NCBI GenBank assembly: GCA_964187785.1
Contig: OZ076409.1
Coordinates: 93,064,001 to 93,128,000, forward strand
Source of the DNA: Amphiscolops sp. MND2022
Taxonomy: Eukaryota
Reading direction: 5' to 3'
Length of the DNA stretch: 64,000 nt
The notes beneath the pieces were generated by a model that saw only the letters and a list, made by a program, of their open reading frames with translations, ran no database searches and was not told where the DNA came from. The translations under genes were made by a program, and so were the position numbers. Below are positions 21,603 to 30,886 of this stretch, piece by piece. Positions within the stretch are counted from its first letter, which is position 1; each line of letters opens with the position of its first letter.

Positions 21603-24279
21603 AACACATGTTCTACTTATTATAACTCATGTATTTCTCTTTTCTATCAACCCTTATATTACATCTTCCATTCCTATCAAACCAACAGATGATGACAAAT
21701 ATCTTCCATCTGATGACCCAAATATAACAAATCTCATGGTTTCCCATTATGACTGTGCAAAACAACATAATCTTCGTCAATTTAATCTTCTCAATGTCAA
21801 ACAATGTACCGAAGCTCCTTCTAACATACAACATGCAAACATTCAAGCTCGAGTTTATGTTAGAGCAAAAGCGAAACGTATTCGCGCTTTCAAATGTGAA
21901 GCATATGCTAAAAAAGAACGAAAGATTTGCTTCCAAGGTAATGTTAAATACCGACGTGTTGATAGAACTGTTTGGAATCACAATACAATGCCACTACCTA
22001 TCACACTTGATCCTCTCGAATGTAAAAATATTATTCGACACCTTAATGGAACTGATAACAAAATATTGAACAATCTTAACTACAACAAAACTTTTACACT
22101 ACTTGAAGACCACTACTTTCAAGAACAATTAGAACGATTTCAAACTCCTTTCACTGTTTACCAATTTAACAAAATGTATACAGGTACATTTACCTATATG
22201 CCCGCTGACAAAACTTGGATATATGATCCACTTCGAAACCCTTACCATAACTGTCCTGCTCATCACCAATTTGAAGTCAACTTAGTAAGCTGGCGTCTCG
22301 CTATATCTGAAATTGAACTCACATACGATGATACACAAAATGTTATGATCATTGATGGTCATACTCTCCCATGTTACTTTGCTGATGGTTTTTGCAAACC
22401 TACCACAAAAACTCCTTTCACACTTGTATGGTTTAGTGATGACTTTTTTCTTATCTTTACTTTACAAGACTTTATTGGACGCATGACCAAAATAGATGAT
22501 CGATACTGGATAGAAACTGATTCTTTCGTACACTCTGCTACTCCAAAGAAATCACCTTCCTTTGATGGTATCAAAGGTACTTCTTATCCGCACGTTCGTG
22601 CTCCTCATACTGAAACTCCACATAACCCAAGTCTTTCTCGTTTTGAAATCTTTCCTACCGCTAACACCTTTTGTGGAAAACCTGAACCTCTATATTCTAC
22701 TCAATATTCTGACCTTTTTGTTACTTACACAGAAGGATTTAACATGCATACAGGACAACCAAACCCCACTTCTATAATTAATGAATACATCTCTGGTAAA
22801 ATTGTATTAGACAAATCAAATTCTAATAATAAATACATCTTTCCTGCATTAAACGTTTCTAACAAATTCGCTACCATAGATTACGATGCACATATAAACA
22901 CTAAAATTGACTACACGATTAACCATGTATTTCGCTCAATGACTGTTCAAGAACTTAATACCCTTCATACAGTATGTGAATTAGAACGCAACCAACTTCT
23001 TACAATACTTGCAATGTCGGTACAAAATCCTCAACTTGCTGGCTTTCTTCTAACAGGAAATCGCAGTAATTTCCTTTACGTTGAAGGATCTACTGCTTGG
23101 TTATATGACTGTCCACACTTCCTTTCACCGTTATACATTGCTGATCGTTGTTTCGATCGAATTCCTATTCATTTCAAGGATACTCTTATGTACGTTGACC
23201 CAATTACAAGACAAACATATGACTATGCCACTCCTATTACATGTGACAATAACCCGAATAACATTATTGAACTTGATCCTGATTCTGATGACCAAGATTT
23301 TTATATTCTTGGACCCGAACCTATAAAACGAAAACCTCCACTTATGTTTACTCCTTCTCAAATTAAAACTACAATACGCCCTAATACTTTTACAGCTCAA
23401 GATGCTGGTATATACTCAAATGCAGAACTAAATCAATTTTGGAATCGAATTCTATTTTCAAAACACTCTGATACTACACTTCAACTCTTAGGAAAAGCTC
23501 TTAGCTATTCCTTTATTTCTTCTAATACACCTGATTATGATGCAAATGAACCACATGGTAACCCATATAATACACTTCGGATTGGACTCCATGATAGATT
23601 AATTAACCTAACTCCCCTTTTTACTCCTACATGGTTCTCTGATGCCTTCATCGCTTTATTTGGATATCCATGTTACATTTTGACACAATGTGGAATTTAT
23701 TTTTCCACATATCTTTTCATACAAACAATGTTAACTCTCATTGTTAAATTATACAAAACTATTTCCATAAAGTACAATCTTAAACAAAATATTACACTTT
23801 TGAACTCTATTGCCCATGGTTTTCTTAATATTCTTACGGCAGACATGCTCCATGACCTAAAAAATGTTCGTTCAAAATCAACTTCTAAAAGTTCACAACA
23901 AATGTCAAACATTACTGACAACCCATTAGATGAATCTTCCTATAATCTAAATGATCCAAATGGTACTGCTCCAAATCCAACTGGTATTACTTCACCACCA
24001 CCTTTTTATACAAAACGTCCAAATCGGATTTCCAAAATGACTCGTTTTAAATTCCTTCCAAAACGAAAACAATATAATGTTCATTCCAAATCTAATCCTC
24101 AATCATCTTTACCACATTATTCTTCAGTTACCACAAATCCAAATGATTACACATTAACTACATCACCTGTCAATGACGAGATCGACACTCCTGTCCGCAT
24201 ATATTCAAAAACAAATTACTCCTTCACTCCGCCATCTTTTCAAACTAATCATTCTGACTTTTTCACTCCTCCGACATAG
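21544..24279 (+). CDS. env: Envelope glycoprotein, 911 aa, chuvirus-G-like (class III fusogen-like)
   Basis: N-terminal hydrophobic signal-like run; YDC..LLNVKQC..C..C..LDPLEC and CELER..LA..NP..G..C..C..P..DP..R..C..GIYS..EL pattern resembling chuviral glycoproteins; several NxS/T sequons; TM region about 23632-23754; cytoplasmic tail. Confidence 0.85.
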   Translation: MAKLSSTTPSLVSNIQLPFKTHVLLIITHVFLFSINPYITSSIPIKPTDDDKYLPSDDPNITNLMVSHYDCAKQHNLRQFNLLNVKQCTEAPSNIQHANIQARVYVRAKAKRIRAFKCEAYAKKERKICFQGNVKYRRVDRTVWNHNTMPLPITLDPLECKNIIRHLNGTDNKILNNLNYNKTFTLLEDHYFQEQLERFQTPFTVYQFNKMYTGTFTYMPADKTWIYDPLRNPYHNCPAHHQFEVNLVSWRLAISEIELTYDDTQNVMIIDGHTLPCYFADGFCKPTTKTPFTLVWFSDDFFLIFTLQDFIGRMTKIDDRYWIETDSFVHSATPKKSPSFDGIKGTSYPHVRAPHTETPHNPSLSRFEIFPTANTFCGKPEPLYSTQYSDLFVTYTEGFNMHTGQPNPTSIINEYISGKIVLDKSNSNNKYIFPALNVSNKFATIDYDAHINTKIDYTINHVFRSMTVQELNTLHTVCELERNQLLTILAMSVQNPQLAGFLLTGNRSNFLYVEGSTAWLYDCPHFLSPLYIADRCFDRIPIHFKDTLMYVDPITRQTYDYATPITCDNNPNNIIELDPDSDDQDFYILGPEPIKRKPPLMFTPSQIKTTIRPNTFTAQDAGIYSNAELNQFWNRILFSKHSDTTLQLLGKALSYSFISSNTPDYDANEPHGNPYNTLRIGLHDRLINLTPLFTPTWFSDAFIALFGYPCYILTQCGIYFSTYLFIQTMLTLIVKLYKTISIKYNLKQNITLLNSIAHGFLNILTADMLHDLKNVRSKSTSKSSQQMSNITDNPLDESSYNLNDPNGTAPNPTGITSPPPFYTKRPNRISKMTRFKFLPKRKQYNVHSKSNPQSSLPHYSSVTTNPNDYTLTTSPVNDEIDTPVRIYSKTNYSFTPPSFQTNHSDFFTPPT

Positions 24280-24494
24280 CTGCCACCTACTACTCTTCGA
24301 TACAATTTCCTCACATAAACTATCTCTCAAAAATTTCATCTACCTTCTTCCAAAATAGAACAAAAAATTGAAATAAAATTGCATTTGAACCAACCCGTCA
24401 ATATTAAAATCGACATTTCGACTCCGAAAACCTTTGATAAATCTACACGTTAGTGTTTTGTTTGATATAATACTTTCAGAAAACATTTCTTCAA

Positions 24495-25916
24495 ATGACT
24501 CAAGCACAACTAGATTTCCATAATATGACTCCTCAAGTCACGCAAGAACAAATCGATCTCCAAAACCAACTTGAAATGCATACTGCTGATCTTATAACAA
24601 AACCTCTTTCAAATGACTCGCCTATTCTCTTTCTTGATACCAAAGAAACCAATGATGATCCCATTCAAGATCAAATGGAACACCAAAATATTCCAGAACA
24701 ACAAAATATATCTACAATACTTACAAAAAATAAAACACCTTCAGACCCTGATCAATCTCCTGATACTCCTCCGCCAACAAAAAAGAAATATGAAATTATG
24801 AAAGACCCTGCTTTTCTTTCATCACCCATTTATCCGCCTATAATACCTACAAAACCGCAACTCTCTACAACTCGTGATGACTATTTAGTACCAATTCTCT
24901 CTAATCATCGTTTCTCATTCAAATCACAACTAACTTCTCTCTACATGCATCCTACGGACTATACGTTCAAACTCTATGATAAAAATCAAGATTTCTTCAC
25001 ATCTATTGCCTCCAAAATCATGGCTCCCTATCACTATTGGCTTCATAATGGAATAAAAATATTTTCTCTACAATTCAATTTTCTTCGCCCATCAATATAT
25101 GATCTCAAAACAGATGAAAATGATCCATCTTTTCTATCTACAGCACAAAAAGCTACCCATCATTTAACGTATACTCGCTTTCTTCAGCATTCAAAACCTC
25201 AAAACTATATTTTTGCGAACTACAAATATACTTCTCCTTTCACAATGACAAATTTATACACGATAGATCACTCGAAGATAACTGGCTATCTTCGCAACTA
25301 TGACCCAATCAAACAATACTTTTGCCTGCTACCTCATAATGATACGTCTCGTCCTCTTATCATACCTCAAGAGTATCTCATCCATTTTGATGACTTTCTG
25401 TTGCCTTGCAACATTCCAACTCAAATTGTCAAGCCTTTGACAGTTATCAAACACCTTGTTTCTACGCCGCTAGATGATAAAGATACGTCACATTATACAG
25501 CCTTGTATAAACAGTCCTACTCTTATAATGAACTTTTGTTCATAGCTGCAAAAGTCATTTCTTACATGGTTCGCGCTGAACAAAGTCTCGAAATTCAAAC
25601 TGAACAACAACGCCAAAATAAAACTCGTAAAACTCCTCCACCATCTCCTATAAAACAAACTACTAGCGAAAAACTCACCACTATTCTCAATAATCGTACT
25701 CTAAAAGATCTAACCCAAATGTTAGATCCCTACAAACGAAACTCTTCAGATTCTCCAATCACTACTCTTAACCATCTCATTCATTGCCATACCCGAACCT
25801 CACAACTCCTTCAAACTCTAGATCTCGATTCGCAACGTATCACACAATCCTCTCAAGCAATTCAATCGGCGCTTGAATCTATGAATACTCTTTTTAATAC
25901 TCTTAATATCAACTAA
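24495..25916 (+). CDS. ORF4, 473-aa accessory protein of unknown function
   Basis: Intact ATG-initiated ORF inside the element; acidic/Gln-rich N-terminus, PPPTKKKY NLS-like motif, aromatic-rich core, C-terminal heptad-like helix. Confidence 0.85.
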   Translation: MTQAQLDFHNMTPQVTQEQIDLQNQLEMHTADLITKPLSNDSPILFLDTKETNDDPIQDQMEHQNIPEQQNISTILTKNKTPSDPDQSPDTPPPTKKKYEIMKDPAFLSSPIYPPIIPTKPQLSTTRDDYLVPILSNHRFSFKSQLTSLYMHPTDYTFKLYDKNQDFFTSIASKIMAPYHYWLHNGIKIFSLQFNFLRPSIYDLKTDENDPSFLSTAQKATHHLTYTRFLQHSKPQNYIFANYKYTSPFTMTNLYTIDHSKITGYLRNYDPIKQYFCLLPHNDTSRPLIIPQEYLIHFDDFLLPCNIPTQIVKPLTVIKHLVSTPLDDKDTSHYTALYKQSYSYNELLFIAAKVISYMVRAEQSLEIQTEQQRQNKTRKTPPPSPIKQTTSEKLTTILNNRTLKDLTQMLDPYKRNSSDSPITTLNHLIHCHTRTSQLLQTLDLDSQRITQSSQAIQSALESMNTLFNTLNIN

Positions 25917-26329
25917 ATCGTCTCTCAGGTAATACAAATTTCTTTAATTTTCCCACAATATTGGACATTTTTGGACACCTTTCTCTGTTGAACAATTTCA
26001 TTCCAAAATACAGGTAACATTCTTCATTTATTTTCACACATTTTTAGTACAAAAACTCTCCTTTTATTATTTTACTTGGTCTCTCTACTATAGCATTCTT
26101 TGAAAATCTCTTTTGCAAAAAACCTAACTAATATCCATACTATAGCACCAACGTTTATTACAAATTCTAGCACCCAATTATAGAACAAAGAAATTTTTGA
26201 TCCGTATCTCCAAAACTCAGACTCCTTTTGTTTTAGAAACTTCTATTCTTCATCCTCCTTCTGGATTTCTTTCAGTCTCTGCACCTTCCAGACAATTTTA
26301 TCAAAACATTCCTTTTCATTCTTCATCCA

Positions 26330-26815
26330 ATGGCTCCGCAAACTCCACCAACTCCGCAAAAATCTGAAATAAAACAACTTGTTTCGTCAACTGAATCCAA
26401 GGTTCATAGCCTCAAAGCTGCTATTTTCCATACCATGGCGTATAAAATGTCATTGGAAATTAACAAAGGCAATGTTACTCTTCCTACCCGACGTTCTTTC
26501 CTCAAAGTTCTTTTTAATGTGTGTCAGATAAAGAAAAAACAAATCTGTTTTGAACAATACTACAGAATTCACGTCAATGGCCCAAAAATCGCTATATGCG
26601 AGACCACTTCTGATACCGTTTTTGTCCTCAACTCGGCATTCACGACTAAAGATAATTATTTCCAAGCCGCGCTAGATGATGCAATAGATGCGTTCAATGC
26701 TGTACTCCTCGATTTTGGGTACACCCAACAATTGCAACGCTACAATCCAGAAACCCATCAAGTCTACCCTCAGTCAAAACACCCATTCTGGCCGAAGAAC
26801 TACACTTCAAATTAA
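26330..26815 (+). CDS. ORF5, 161-aa accessory protein of unknown function
   Basis: Intact ATG-initiated ORF, same strand, globular-looking composition. Confidence 0.7.
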   Translation: MAPQTPPTPQKSEIKQLVSSTESKVHSLKAAIFHTMAYKMSLEINKGNVTLPTRRSFLKVLFNVCQIKKKQICFEQYYRIHVNGPKIAICETTSDTVFVLNSAFTTKDNYFQAALDDAIDAFNAVLLDFGYTQQLQRYNPETHQVYPQSKHPFWPKNYTSN

Positions 26816-27003
26816 CTTACTCTCTCTCCTCTTCATCACTCTGGTGCAGTTGCTTTCTACAATGACTTCATCGACGTCATCATTGCAAACATGCACCTCT
26901 CACTTCTTGCTTCTTCACCTCTCCACATCGCCACTCCTTCTCTTGCGTTGCTGCTACTCTTCTTCGTTGTCTTGTCAGACACCGTCACACAATGGTTCTC
27001 TCT

Positions 27004-27088
27004 GATGACTCTACTACTTCACTTCATCAGATGACTCCACTACTTCACTTCATCAGATGACTCCACTACTTCACTTCATCAGATGACT
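27004..27088 (+). repeat. 26-bp tandem repeat, about 3.3 copies, in the element 3' UTR
   Basis: gatgactccactacttcacttcatca units starting at 27004, 27030, 27056, 27082. Confidence 0.95.
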
Positions 27089-27952
27089 ACACCACCCCAC
27101 TTCAAACTTCAAACTCGTATAAAAACTTTTCCAAGCTGTATTCTTATTTAATCATCGCATAACCCCAATCTATACTCTTAATATAATCGGTGTATAATCT
27201 CAAAAATGTTTATTTCAACAGTATATCTTGTCAATAATCTATTAACCATATTATAACCAATGTATCATTCCTTGTATTTTAGTCAAAAATTACCTAATTT
27301 GGTGCTTGCTCATCTAAATTATATATTTATCCAATATTTAGTGCAAAATACAAAAATTCCTCATATACTACATAGTATTTTACAAAATATATTCTTGACT
27401 TCTTTCCTTTTTTATAGTACAAGATCCCTTCTTATTGTACGACTATTTTACTTTAAAGAATTTGAACTGGAAATTTGAAGTTTGATTTCTTTTTCTGATC
27501 GTTCCATATGTCTCTAACTTTGAATGAAAAATGAACTCGACCTTTGCAACTTTTAGACTTCTTCACACTTTGTTCACAACCCGCCAATGTTTGTTCACAC
27601 CTCATTGACAACTTCAACTATCGTTCTTCAATACCAAAAAGTTTTCATTTTGAATGCTCTTTTGAAGAACACCGAGAAAATTTTTAACAAAGCCGATGGA
27701 GCTTTTCACAAACAATATATAAAATAAGTTGTCAATCAATAACTCGAACTCCAAATGTCAAACCCATAGATTGACAGAACGTTGCACCAATGTGAACCGT
27801 CATATGATTAAGAAGTTCTAACCGTCCTAGGTTGTTCTCACTCCTTAAGTACGGTACTCCTATATCACATGAAACACCCAACACCTCTAATGTAAAGTAC
27901 AAAACCCAAAACCTTCAGAACACTTGGATATATTTTTCAAAACCCGGTCGAT

Positions 27953-28368
27953 TGTGACGTCATGATGCATGACATCAAGAATTTTATATTTGCTAAACTT
28001 CGTGACCTAATAGCATGACAGATGTCATTCTAATCAGAAGTTAATACTTCATTATCGAAATGCTAATATTTCATTATAAATGTAATCCCTCCAAACTTCA
28101 TCCTATAATGATTTGAAGTCTATTTAATCTTATTATTGATTGATGTACTAACTAATTCTGTATAATCAGAGTAACTCGAATGTTGTAATCAACCAGTACT
28201 CTCATCTTGAAGAGAAAAGTAATTCTGAGATCTCAGTCTAAGTAGTACTCCTCAGTTCAGTGAAAGCATAGCTAGCTAGACGGTATTCTGTTAAGACTTA
28301 GAAAAGAACTTCTTATGTACTTCTTAAATGAAATAACATTTAACATAAGACAAGTCTTAAACAGCTCA
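27953..28368 (+). repeat. 3' LTR (416 bp)
   Basis: Matches 10531-10946; followed by TSD TAAC. Confidence 0.97.
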
Positions 28369-28925
28369 TAACTTTCCGATAGTGGGTCTGGACGTTTGAG
28401 AGCATATTTCTCCGTCTCTGAAATCGACAGGAGTGATAAATTACAAGTTTTGGAAAGCCCTTGAAATGATCTTTCATTTGGTACATTCGGTATTTTTCAG
28501 ACTTAAACAGGCGAGGAGTTATTAGGATTCTCGTCAAAATTTCGGAAGCGAGAATACGTTATCGTAATTTTTCACGCATTTTTGCATGCAAAATTTTTTC
28601 AGCAGGTTTAAGCATTTTAATTATGAAAACGAGTAGAAATAGTCGTTGTTGTGTGAAATGAGCCTTCAGATTGAGTCTCGGCTGCTTGTACCGAAGGTAT
28701 AGTGTTTTTTATAATCTTAAAATTTTGTCCATCGTGATAGGATACGATCTTGGAATAAGTATCATCTTAGTAAGATCTTAATAAGAATCTTGCCATGGGA
28801 TCCATGGCTGCCAAGATGTAGTAAGAATTTGGCAAGATCTTGCCAAGACAGCCAAGATGCTAATAAGAGGGTCAACCCGGGTGTCGAATCAATTCGGTCG
28901 CATTCCGTAGGCCTGAATTATGCTG

Positions 28926-29197
28926 CCCAGCGTTTGACATCTTGAATATCTAGCCATGATCTTAGGAAAATCTTGAATTCTTGAATATCTTGGGAAGATC
29001 TTAGGTTTTATCTTAACATCTTGAATTTCTTGGTGAAATCTTGGATTTCATCTTGGATATCTTGACAAGATCTTGGATTCTATCTTGGATTTCTTCGAAG
29101 CTTTTGTCAGAACTTCTAAGATCTTTCAAAGATCTCGGAAGATCTGGAAAGAGCTTGGCAAGATCTTGGCAAGATATTCAAGATGTCGAACGCTGGA
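28926..29197. mobile_element. Short CCC-type MITE made largely of atcttg repeats
   Basis: TIR cccagcgtttgacatcttgaatatct / agatattcaagatgtcgaacgctgga; right end imperfect. Confidence 0.7.
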
Positions 29198-29287
29198 GGG
29201 CTGTGAGTCAGTTTACCAGTTCTCGTCACGTCCTTGATTGGCTAGGTGATCGCCGTTCAAACTTGGGTTGGTGGTTGTCAGTGAGTT

Positions 29288-29544
29288 GCCCCGATCTTTG
29301 AATTACCCGCCTGTTGTCGATTCTTCTGCTGGGATTTCTGGATTTCCGGTCCAGTCACTAATCTGGGTTTCCTGCAATAGTCATAAGGAACGGCGTTATT
29401 ATATTTCTTGAAAGGAACTATAATTCCTTTTAGAGATATAATAAAGTCGTTCCTTATGTCTATCGCAGGAAACCCAGATTAGTGACTGGACCAGAAATCC
29501 TCCGCAGAAGAATCGACAACAGACGGAAATTCAAAGATCGGGGC
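29288..29544. repeat. Foldback / long imperfect palindrome (about 125-bp arms, 6-nt centre)
   Basis: gccccgatctttgaatt...aaaggaa ctataa ttccttt...aattcaaagatcggggc; arms complementary throughout with scattered mismatches. Confidence 0.9.
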
Positions 29545-29616
29545 GGCCATAGTTTTTGTAAGACATTTGGATCTTCTGTACTCAGTTCAGGTAACTCTGG
29601 ACTCCGGGATCGTTTC

Positions 29617-30050
29617 GGGAGTGGGACAAAACTTCCGATTTTCAAAATAGGACAAAACAGCCGATTTTAAAACAGTACAAAGTCGCCGATTGGTAAAAAT
29701 AGAAATCGCCGATTTTGTCACTGCGTAAGATTAGCAGTCAATAACACTATTATTATAACGTAGTCAGATATGTTCATATACCCCTGGTGCCCTAAATGCA
29801 GGGGCGAAGCGAAGCGGAGCGACGTGCCATATGGCCATGTCTCAATGTTGGTGTCATGTCTCAACTTGGCGACGGGAACGAAGCGACCGAGCCAAAAAAC
29901 GAATATGAACCTCTTCAAATAAATCAAGTTCCATGCATATCGGCTGTAACAGCACTCATTTTGTTCCGTTTTGAAAATTGGCTGTTTTGTACCGTTTTGA
30001 AAATCGACTGTTTTGTCTCGCTTTAAAATAGGCTGTTTTGCCCCGCATCC
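29617..30050. mobile_element. Non-autonomous DNA transposon with 8-bp TSD (Merlin- or MULE-like)
   Basis: atcgtttc at 29609-29616 and 30051-30058; GG..CC termini; inverted acaaaacagccgatttt subterminal repeats. Confidence 0.75.
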
Positions 30051-30456
30051 ATCGTTTCATATTACAAATCAGTGTTTGAACTTATATTGCTATCAAGATT
30101 GAGGTGTGAATTATCAAATTATCCACAGCTCTTCTTCCTTCATGCTCCCTTTCGTAATGATCTGTTCCAATAACAAAGAAATCGATTTTCATCAATACAA
30201 ATATTTTTTTCCACATGTCCTTGTTTAATTTTTACACAATTTTCTACATGTTTCTTGATTTCTCGCTCCATTGGTTGTCGCCATTTGGTGGAACGGCTTT
30301 GGACTTATTTTATGTTGAATCAACTTGGCTTCGGGTTTCAGATTTACATGATCTTTTACAGTGCGATTTTCTTGCATAGTTGTTTTCAGTCGGCGCTTTG
30401 TTTTCGAAAAGAGCGACTATAGTCATGGCTTTTTATGAGCTTTTTTTCGATACTCC

Positions 30457-30886
30457 TGAACTAACTGAAAGAGTTCTACCAAAAGTTCTTCAGTTTTGCG
30501 AAGTCAGTCTTCAGTTTTGCAAAGTGCTTGGGAGTCCCCTTCAACAATAACGCAACCCATACCGGATTTAACGCAAACCGGATATATCCAATACCGGATA
30601 GGATTTAACGCTTCTTGTTGAGTTTTTCAGTTTTTCAAAAGTCAGTCACTAGGCATAGTAGTGTTCCTAGTGAACTAACTGAAATAGTTCTACTAAAAGT
30701 TCTTCAGTTTTGCGAAGTCAGTCTTCAGTTTTGCAAAGTGCTTGGGAGTCCCCTTCAACAATAACGCAACCCATACCGGATTTAACGCAAACCGGATATA
30801 TCCAATACCGGATAGGATATAACGCTTCTTGTTGAGTTTTTCAGTTTTTCAAAAGTCAGTCACTTGGCATAGTAGTGTTCCTAGTG
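30457..30886 (+). repeat. Tandem duplication, 214-bp period, 2 copies
   Basis: Copies start at 30457 and 30671; few substitutions; each ends ...ttcctag. Confidence 0.95.

Larger units (their letters stand above)
10531..28368 (+). mobile_element. Full-length giant Ty3/Gypsy (Metaviridae-like) LTR retroelement with env, 17,838 bp
   Basis: Two 416-bp direct repeats with TG..CA ends; TAAC at 10527-10530 and 28369-28372 (4-bp TSD); PBS; Gag-PR-RT-RH-IN domain order; long uninterrupted ORFs. Confidence 0.97.
10007..28881. mobile_element. CCC..GGG MITE (about 1.03 kb) split in two by the LTR element
   Basis: TIR cccgggtcgaccctc (10007-10021) / gagggtcaacccggg (28867-28881); TG flanks both ends; aagatcttg subterminal repeats in both halves. 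Confidence 0.85.

Noticed and set aside
14757..23921. Short alternate-frame and antisense ORFs overlapping gag-pol and env
   Set aside because: Expected shadows of long biased ORFs; no motifs
26688..27005. 105-aa ORF overlapping ORF5
   Set aside because: Low-complexity Leu/Ser product of CT-rich DNA; no independent support
27001..27090. Hammerhead ribozyme suggested by CTGATGA
   Set aside because: No correctly placed GAAA or three-stem junction on either strand
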